A stretch of 43,423 bases of DNA, from the IMG/VR virus record IMGVR_UViG_3300005805_000155, positions 1 to 43,423 of that record. One strand, given 5' to 3'. The DNA comes from a virus (Duplodnaviria; Caudoviricetes). Under the pieces are notes generated by a model. The model was not told the DNA's origin and searched no databases. It saw only the letters and a program-made list of their open reading frames with translations. Numbering within the stretch: position 1 is the first letter of the stretch; each line of letters starts with the position of its first letter. The translations under genes and the position numbers were made by a program. This document shows, piece after piece, positions 18,201 to 26,000 of this stretch.

Positions 18201-20060
18201 AATAGATGAATTTAAAGTAATTGGCGTAGTTGGCGTTGGAGTTTCATAAGTAAAATTATGATAATATTCTAATGAAATGTTATACATTCCATCGCCATCT
18301 ATGCCAGGACCAGTTTCATTAGTTCCAACATAAAGAGTCGAATTAAAAGGATCGATAGGAATTCCAAATTTAGCTGTTTTCGCTGTTCCTACACTTGGAG
18401 TAAATCCTCTTGGATCTGCCCTCAGTCTTCTGTAAATTGCCTGCTCTGCGGGAACACTACTAATTTTAAAAATATTGGAGTCTGGATTATCTTTTAAAAA
18501 TGTTTCAATTCTATTTTTATTTGGTTGGCTTGCACTAGCTTCAGACAAGTCTCCACCAATAACTCCTACCCAATAACCATTGTTATTTTTTAAAGTATTT
18601 AAAGTTTTCTTTAATGTTACTCCTGGAGTTTCACTACCTCTAGAAAGGTCAGTTCTTGATCCAGAAGATCCTTGCTCGTTAGAAGCTGAAATATACAGTA
18701 GGGCGCTTTTCAGTCTAGGAGAATAATCATCTCCATTTTCACCTCTTTCTAGATTCAAAATTTTATCAATATTGTTAAAAGTATCTTCAGTTACTGTTGC
18801 AAGTGTGTTGCCATATAACATGAAAACTTGCGATCCACTAACGCCATCTACAAATCTTAAATCACCTTTATCTCCATTAATACCACCAGCACCAGTTAAA
18901 AAGTTTTGTGACCACCCATCGAAATTTAATGTAAAACTTGGAGCAGCATATGATGACCAAAAATATTTTAATCTAGAATCACCAGGAACATAATAATTGA
19001 ATGGCGTCTGGGCTCTCTGGAAAAATTCTACTGATCCAATATTTTGAGAAGAAAATGCGTTTGTAGTAGCAACATTTTCTGTAGTTGCTCCAATAGGAAG
19101 GGATGGTGAACTATTAGAAGAATCAATTTCAAATGTAAAAGTAGTTGTATTTGGATTAGCAGTTGTTGTAGCACCAGAAGATAAAGTTACTTGTCTAGTA
19201 ACAGAATTATAGGCAACAACTGTAGTTGCGGAATTAAATATTGTTGTTACTGGAGAAGTAATTACTCGCTGACCTAAAACAATTTGTCCTTCTACTGGTG
19301 CTGCTAATGTTACTACTGTAGTGCCAGATGAAATTAAACTTGTATTAATTCCTCTACCTCTGATAGCTTCCGATAGAATTAAAGTTTTTCCTAATTTTAA
19401 AAGTTTACCACCAGAAGAGTATGCACCTGGATTAGTTAAAACACTGTATCTAAATGTTGTATTTGATAACCTAATAACATCAATATTACCAGAAGTCGAT
19501 GTTGAGTTATATGCTGTTGGCACAACTCTCGTGATAATAACTTTATCGCCAGTTTGTAATCCATGATCAGAATCAGTTGTTACAGTAACACTTTGCGTGC
19601 CAGCACTGTAAACCATGTTTATGATATCAACTTCTTGATTTTTTGTGATACCTTGAATTTTATATCCATACCCAGCTCTTGATCCAGTATAACCACCAAA
19701 CGATAATGCGTTTGCTGTAAACGAAATGAAATCTCCTTTTGTAATTGTGCTTCTTAACGGATTAATAAATCCTTGAAATCTTACAACTAACAGGTCAACT
19801 TTATCCAAATATTTGGTATTGGACATCGTAGTGTAAGCGAATCGATTACACAAGTTAACATTTAAACCTTCGGTATCTACTACGCCAATATTTTCAGAGA
19901 TTAGTGCATCATTCAAACTATTAACAACGGCACCATCAGATAACCATCCCTGAAATGCTGCCAATTTAGGGGAGTTATCTGTTGTAAATATAGCATCAAC
20001 TTTTAGAGCACCAGTAGCGTTATAAGGATTTTTCTTATAAAAATTTAATGGAGTTGGCAT
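12282..20060 (-). CDS. Giant modular Thr/Ser/Gly-rich virion fibre/structural protein (2592 aa)
   Basis: Uninterrupted ORF with many copies of two small beta modules (VTT..HGL..GD.....YNG.Y.....TFTY and GQ.V.G.GI...TTV......ITLS..TT). Confidence 0.85.
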   Translation of the reverse strand: MPTPLNFYKKNPYNATGALKVDAIFTTDNSPKLAAFQGWLSDGAVVNSLNDALISENIGVVDTEGLNVNLCNRFAYTTMSNTKYLDKVDLLVVRFQGFINPLRSTITKGDFISFTANALSFGGYTGSRAGYGYKIQGITKNQEVDIINMVYSAGTQSVTVTTDSDHGLQTGDKVIITRVVPTAYNSTSTSGNIDVIRLSNTTFRYSVLTNPGAYSSGGKLLKLGKTLILSEAIRGRGINTSLISSGTTVVTLAAPVEGQIVLGQRVITSPVTTIFNSATTVVAYNSVTRQVTLSSGATTTANPNTTTFTFEIDSSNSSPSLPIGATTENVATTNAFSSQNIGSVEFFQRAQTPFNYYVPGDSRLKYFWSSYAAPSFTLNFDGWSQNFLTGAGGINGDKGDLRFVDGVSGSQVFMLYGNTLATVTEDTFNNIDKILNLERGENGDDYSPRLKSALLYISASNEQGSSGSRTDLSRGSETPGVTLKKTLNTLKNNNGYWVGVIGGDLSEASASQPNKNRIETFLKDNPDSNIFKISSVPAEQAIYRRLRADPRGFTPSVGTAKTAKFGIPIDPFNSTLYVGTNETGPGIDGDGMYNISLEYYHNFTYETPTPTTPITLNSSINNSVTTFTVNDASSLKVNIFIKIDSEYFAITEIVNNQLTVQRARLTSLAASHSAGASVSIVPYCTLRIKNCNLEGLNGIYKAYITDSVLSTSKSFWITYKGTTPIPEIVPNGVSSFGFFGFVVNLTMLFSVPNTFYRRSTYNYLYPSGSIDPESSGIGDKKEVLATVRVNETTGFLEKGTTTFGGKISLYTIPGVGFYSGLSTGTYYSYYQDIIFQSAITVSNVAGASTTITKVYDAGFTKVLKGDILETFVIFDQVKSTVGSFTYGDTDTIYSTITASDTNISVTGDFGGIDVYAKINQPGSTTIEIVKITQVIGVGVGSPFATQLEVIRGQLGTTAQQWPAGSIITLYPTLTLSNPIQINPSVNADASFVSGTDTIQLSNVSGTIFIGQLITGSGIPSDTTVVDYEPTGGILVLSKNTTAASGSGTPPATTQLTFTSTISSNNVVRGKNIKANSSVIYYDSNTNVVTISDDFLGIPNVFSPAEPFVYFGVPNLTKTIDILVNKRNNFKDISATVSFPGYGYQVGNALTPSPLLNPSYNIASAFWTFESEINPTGLLSAGVAAPTTFSIVYTERTGESSGAGVGAKFTVIRDANGTYRVNITDLGSGYVLGESIVISGNDLGGISPDNDLTITVGQINDLSKVTMQTTEPHGFVPPAGRTSCRLLIKNVSPGAFNGRFEATIIDEFTFTYPLPDDPGSYQIGGTVKNISIDVINDAFSFLSNKLFLNITETTDLEYPYIRYFETATVLDKVVTVTTDENHHLTSTTGTSTFAAGASTITITNPVTTSQYDIDLSGSVGRAVIGTGIQENTIVTAVNGNTITLSRPTATAQAVAVTIRVTDRVNVGGVSNDTRVSWNEFNAPVTVLNDTQFQYTILSSGNEGLWISGGYITDPRILPFGGVYTKNFDRMIFLNISDQDVGGEINPKTEDIVGSPPVATDNIIPARKARDFLVRSLNFRQRSNDNDVVRSGSKHDFVVTAVNTLGISQITDAPITAVEYENNRILATTPHNFPISAITNTSTTVTVTTGYAHPFIVGNNILITGSSVAEYNGEFTILTVPNTTSFTYQTVIAATTTQTIPTTTATWSNAASTITVTSSTGISLGQYVIATGIPYQTQVTEINGNIITISKNTTAAQATAATVRFSSVTTGSKHHLYEGNLIDVNDFANTFLNSSSQNDTVLEIVDDYNFYYGQQEQSDGAFLGKDRLVVTGVIPTATLPPTRLGSFTKNSDIFPEGVDEITVVGNLRNVPGLDELADHYVVNYASQGGQSLYTTFRISLTQGGANEVFQKSISNIEYVQNINKATVFTDGPHSLQTDDIITISNVSPSAYNGNYRITKISSSSFSYSPPQVKPTAILPNIEGSTLYNFNGATTAATYSQTTNTITVTSNGHGLLVGQTVYLDFTSGTATDGYYAVLTSAANSFTVYRSTSATTSGNVSWTRAYSTVLALTNTQITKTVSANTTIGSTLLPVTSVTDVTIGQSVVDGSFNRGTSLTNRIQAGTRVINTVTVGAQLYIEINNPTVGAIFDGAGTDSQIDLISSRKDSYAITLSSVTNLHVGQLITTDTSQFASTAIIENINTTTNTIGLSSPMLATIQTGTYSTASGVATVTSTSHGLSIGDKIYLDATTGTETDGYYVVDTVPTANTFTYVTSNGSRTGNTSFQKIPGRIIAASNVAQAKSLKVSSVTGVVAGYSVSGPSLPATTTVTSIDSANNRVYLSERLTGTFTQPTASGSFSSGSTTVLLSSITGTVAVGQTVSGSGIASGTTITGYNTATSTITLSLATTAASGVGDPPATTLLTFNDTIIFGVGSYNNNGLITPVFTPIVNNTLQRRGVYSNGSINVIPDKLGWDHVGCAKGSRGAIFFQLGFAKRMSGTAGSTTLTISSQAPYNETTIPSGILSGYFVYGEGIQGETRILSTTNNTITIDKPLLTTITDENVGISRKDSPSIFPKYTVEFGRVLGKTFAEWLFKVA

Positions 20061-20063
20061 AGA

Positions 20064-23000
20064 TCAAATATTGATTACGTTAGTGGTGTGGAAAATTCTT
20101 CCTCCAGTTATATAATAACCAACAAGGAAGTATCTACCTGTTAAGTATGTAGTCGGTGATCCATCCTCTGCACTAATACCGTTCCAATTGTTGTCAACTG
20201 GTTTCCAAATGTTGGTTGGAATGATGGCAGAAGCATTTACTGATTGAGCGAATGAGATGAAAATCAAACCAGCTCTTCCTTCATATTCCAGAATACCAGT
20301 TTGTTTTTCTGAGTCAATTGGAGTGCCGAGAGGAATTGATATAGTATTAGTTACTGGGTCATACCATCTTGAATCTAGTGGATCAATACCTTCTACAATA
20401 AAGTTTGCTGATTTTTTGAAAGTATTGATAATATCAACAATACCAACGTTAGAAGCATCGTTGAATTGAGCTGTTGGCACATAAACTGTATTCCAAGTAA
20501 CTGGTGTTGATGGAATTAGAGAGTTTTTGTTTGCCCAATCAACTAGGTCAGTTGGACTGATATATGAGTTATCTAGTAAATTAAATTCCTCGCTTCCTGG
20601 CTCGTTGTTATACCAGTTGAGTGATGCTCTCTTAACAAAACCATATTCATCTCTTCTGGCATCTGGGAAAGCAGCTGTATTATCAAAGACGCTATTAGCA
20701 ATACTAATTCTACCAGTGATTTTTAAACTACCAATTGTGGAGTTTGCTGCTTCGATGTTTGCTGCCTTGAAAGCGTTTCTTTGTGCTTCCTGTAGTGCGG
20801 TAAGGTTATTGGTCAGCACCTTACTGAATGATGATGGATTAAATGCAGCACTCGATGAGTTAGATGCAAGCGATAGAGCATCATTAAAGTTGATGAGTCT
20901 ATTTTCTGCAGAGGTTTTAACTTTGGGGAAGTTTAATGTATTTGTTGCATTTCCTTTAGTGTCAATAACTTGGTTGCCGATATAGAAGTCACCAAAAGAG
21001 TTGGTGCCCGAAGAAGCAGCAAATCCACCCGCTCTTTCAACGTTTTGTGAGTTAACTCTTTGCTGAATATTGAGGTTGACATCTTGGAATTGTGGTAGAG
21101 CAGTTGAGTAGTTACCAGGACCAAAACCAACGTATTCCCATGTATGACCAGATGCACGAATAATTGCTGGTCTATATAGTGAAACTGGTGTTGGCACATT
21201 GAATAAAATACATCTCTCGGTGAATGTTGGAATTCCGTTATTAAATTCTAAAACTGGAGATTGATCTACTCCATACTTATTATAATTTGCATTAATATAT
21301 GGAGATTCAAATTTAGATGCAGTTAAATCATCTTCTGATGCTATTCCAAATTCTCCAGGAATGTTGAGAGCACCAAAAGCTTGTACTGCTGGTTTTACCG
21401 CTTGATAAGGAGAATAGTCTCCACCGCTTAATACGTCTCTTAAGAATCTTCTAACAGATTCTGCAGTAATTGAATACTGAGTAACTCTCTCATATTTGTC
21501 TTGAGATAAGAAGTTATTCAATATAATGCAGTTTCCAACAACATCATTCCATCTAGATGTTGCTGATTTGGGATTCCACTTTGGATTGTCTAAATCAACT
21601 TCTGGATATAGATAATTGATGTTTTGTGCAAATCCAAAACCTTCTAGAATTTCGTCGGTTACTTGATAAGTTCCTCTAGTTGGTTCGATTCTTTGAATTC
21701 CCGTCTCTTCGTTTAAGATACCTTCGATAATTGCAAAGTAGTTAGCAATAGCATAGGTAGCACTAGCACACTCCCCATAAACTCCAGTATGATTGCCATA
21801 ATTTGCAGCAACATAATTTGGATCTGAAATATCATTTAGAGTGCTTATATCACCTTCACTAATAGTAGTTGTCAAAATTTCAACCAGAGTTACGATTGCA
21901 TTTTGCACATCTACGCAAGTTGCTGAATTGCCAGAAGCAGAATACGTTATATTTCCGCCAGATCCATTTACTTCGGCAGGTCCGACTGATAGATTTAGAT
22001 TCTTAGAATACAGTTGGTTGGTAACTGCCTTCTTCATCATATCTCTAGCGGCATTAAATGCGAAGATAGAAGGTGCTTCTTCTCCAGCAATATATGCAAT
22101 CGATGGATTATTGTCGTATTGAGTTGGGAAATATCCTCTAGCGACTTCAATAATTTTTACATTACCGCCTGTAGAAACGTCTTCTGCAACAGCATCTACT
22201 AAGTAACCAAGATCTCGCTTGCATACAGTTTCTCCAGCTTGATCAGCAAAACCAATGGTTTCTGGTGGTAGAGCATTTGCTCCATTAATGTTACCAGCAC
22301 TCAAACGTGATGTAATGAGCAAGGTTAATGTATCAACTGCAGATCTTACATCAGCACAAGCAGAAGAGCTGTTATTAGCAATGTTTCCACCACCGCCACC
22401 AAAAGTAGCAGGGCCTGCTTCAATTGTTAAATCTGTGTAAACAGTTAATGTGCCAGTTGATCCATCAACCCATGTGCCGCCATAAGGAGATGAGGTGACT
22501 AGACCAGTTAATCCAGATAGCGTATTTGTAATTGCTGCTTTGATAGCATCTCTTGCCTTCTCAAAGGCAGTGTTTGATTGAGTTACTTCGCCATTAAGAT
22601 ATAGGTTAAGAAGACCAGTGCCAGAATCAAAATACTGTTGAATAAACTTACGAGTATAGCGATTACCATCACCATTGAGAATATCAAGAGTAACAGCATC
22701 TACATATAAACCAATATCACGCTTGCACTTTTCAAGCAGGTTTGCAGGTGCTGGTGACGGTGGGTTGTCATTTACTGTCTTGTATGCAGTCTCAACAATA
22801 ATGTTTCTATTCTTTTGTACTAAACGATATGCATCATAATATCTGTTAATTTGAGATGGAATTGTGTTTCCTGGCACAACCCAATCATCACCCCATTGAG
22901 CTTCGTTATATTGAATTGCAATTTCGCCAAATCCTCTATCGATAATTTCTTGGCGGTTTGCTGTGATTAATGCACTACCATCTAAGAATCTACCAATATC

Positions 23001-26000
23001 ATAATTATCATTGTAATCTCTCTTTAAAGTAAAGTTAACAGATGGATAGTTATTTGCTTCTGGAGAAGTCCAGGTTTCTCCTCTACCAGTGATTAACTGG
23101 AAGTGTAGGAATACTTCTGGTGAAGCAGTAGTGGTTACAGTGCTTCCCTCAAATATATAACTGGAAGATGACCCTAATTCAATTTCAGTTGCTGATATAA
23201 TTCTCTTAACATAAGTATTTGCTGGGATGTTTGTAGTGATAGTATTAGATGCTTTTGGCACTACATATTGATTTGGTGCTGTGCCTGCTAACTCTTCGTA
23301 TGTGCTGTTTAAATTCTCGTATGCAGTCGCTGGAGAGGGTATCACACTGACCTGTGTGACCTTCATACCAACAACCATACCAAGTGTGCTAGGGACACGA
23401 ATGATGGCAGTATTGCTCGTGATAGCGGTCGCATAGAACGACCAGTTTCTCATCGAAGCAATTGCCAGGTTTCTTGCGTAGTTGTAAGTATCAATTGATT
23501 GAGTAAATTCTGTCGAAATAAACTGCACATCATTTGCAGCATCAAAATAGAATTTTGTAGCATCGAAAGTCTTAGCATTTCCTCCAGTTCTTAAATCGGA
23601 GATAACTGCATTTAATAGATAACCAATATCTCTCTTACATTTTGATTCATTTGGGTTAACAAATGAAGCAGTAATGGTGCCAGTTGCAGATCCAGTAGCG
23701 GAAACAGAATAAGTAAATTCTGTGCTGCTTGTTGTAGTAATTACATAACTTCCATTGAAGGATGATGGAGTAGCTCCAGAAATTGTAATAGTATTTCCAG
23801 TAACAAAATTGTGATCTCTAGATGTTGTTACTGTTGCAACACCAGCAGTAGCGGAAAGAGAAGATACTGGAACGTTTGAATATTTTGCTTTCAAATATCC
23901 AGATGCTTCTTTTTGAATAAATGTTCTATTTGTTTCGATTGAATCTGAAGCATCTTGTGCAACGTGATCAATTTGATCTCCATTTAATCCAATCAGTCTT
24001 TGATTACCATAAACAATTTTGTTAGTGAATGGAAGATTATTACTCTTAGTATAAATGTTACCATCAAGTATAGTTAATAAGTAATAACCATCTTGCTCGT
24101 TAAATCTGTATTCTGTGATTGGATCTACTTTAGATACATAATATGATTTTGGATACTTGTTAAATTCCGATGGAGAAGTATCATAAGTAAATGGGAATTT
24201 AATTGCTGGATCTTTTAATTGAATTGTAAATTTCTCTTCTGGTCCTCTGAGTTTAATGTTTCCAAAACCATCTTTAGGAACTTTATAAATTAATCTCCAT
24301 GTTAATTCACTAGATCCAGAAGAACTTCTAGAATCTTGAATTCTCTTAACAAATAAATTAAACACATTATTTGGATTGAATTCAAAACTATCATCAGCGT
24401 TTAGAGTGCCGCTTTCATTTGTATCTGCTCTTTGAGTAATTCTCTTGAATAGTGAAAGATTTTTTGTGCTTTGGAGTTCGTAAGAAACAGCAGTATCATA
24501 CGATTTATACCTTGTGCCAATCGAAGAGCTTGGTAGGTATGATTGCTCTTTGATATCTTCAGATCCATATAATCTGCCAGTATCATTGAAAACATCACCA
24601 ATAGTAAATTTAATTTGAGTAGTTGATGTAGTTGGAAGAGAAGTTCCAGTCCCTGTTTTCAACGTTAATTCATCACCAACATACAATCCACTACCACTTC
24701 TAGTCCATGTATTATACAATTGTGGTGTGCCTTGTCCAGCTAAAATAAAGCTATAATCATAAGGCCAAACTGCTGTAATATTTGCTGTTGTTGTTTGTCC
24801 AGTAACTGTTACAGCAATAGACACTTTGACATCAATTGTTAATTCTTCTGCTACTTTTTCTACGCTACCATTGTTCTGCAATATTGATGGTGGAGTTGTT
24901 GCAGTAATAAATTCAAATGTAAATTGATCTCTAGCTCCAACAATAGTGCCGCCAACCGTAATGATTTCTACGTCGCTGACATTCCAGTAATTTGCATCTA
25001 CTCCAACTCCCTGAGAAATAGTGTTTTTAATGCTGACAATATCACCTGGATAATAAATGTGATCAGTTGTAGTAGTTACCGTAGCTCTTTGAGTGCCTTG
25101 ACTCCAAGTTATATTCAATATATTAAATGGATATGATTGCTCTGGTCTTACTGCTTGAGCATCATATTCTAATTCGTTATCAGTAAATCCTGTAATGCTT
25201 ACTCCCGTATATGCTGTTGGGTCATATATAAATCCAGTCTCGGTATCTCCAGCAGTGTTTGGTGTATATGGGAAAGACTCTCTTGGAATACCATAAACAG
25301 CATTTGACCCTCCTTCTCTGAAGTCATCAACAAGAATAGCCAATCTACCTAATCTTTCTCCATCTACAGTTCTAGCGTATTCCCAACCATAATACTTTCT
25401 TATAGTATTTTTAGTTAAAACTGGAACGGTGCCAACAGATACAATAGAAATAACTACATCAAATGCGCCACTATCGTCTGCTCCAAATAAAGATCCAGGA
25501 AAACTTATAGTTTCTCCGTCTTTAAATCCAGATCCACCTTTTAATAAATCTACTTTATAAATTAAGTTTGCTGGATTTGATGGGTTTGGAATTACGCTTA
25601 CCGTAAATTCTGCGTCAAATCCATCACCGATCAATTCATAATCAGCAAACGCATTAGTCTCAGAAACATATGTTTCAAGATCATTTGTATTAACAATAAC
25701 ATTAGTTTTTAATGTAACATCAGTTACTGTTACAGTGATATTAGCACCATCAACACCATCATCAATTGATAGAGTAAATACATCATTTATAGAATAATCA
25801 GATCCACCACTTTCAATTCCAGTGACGGTAAGCACTAAATCTTCTCCAGATGTTCCACCTAGAGCAATACCAGAAAATGTTAGAGTGTCTCCAATACTAT
25901 AATTATTTCCAGAGCTTACAATTCTTCTTAATACGTAATTTGTTCCAACTACATCAATATCAAAAATAGCACCGCTTCCACCAGTAGTGCTTGATGTAGT

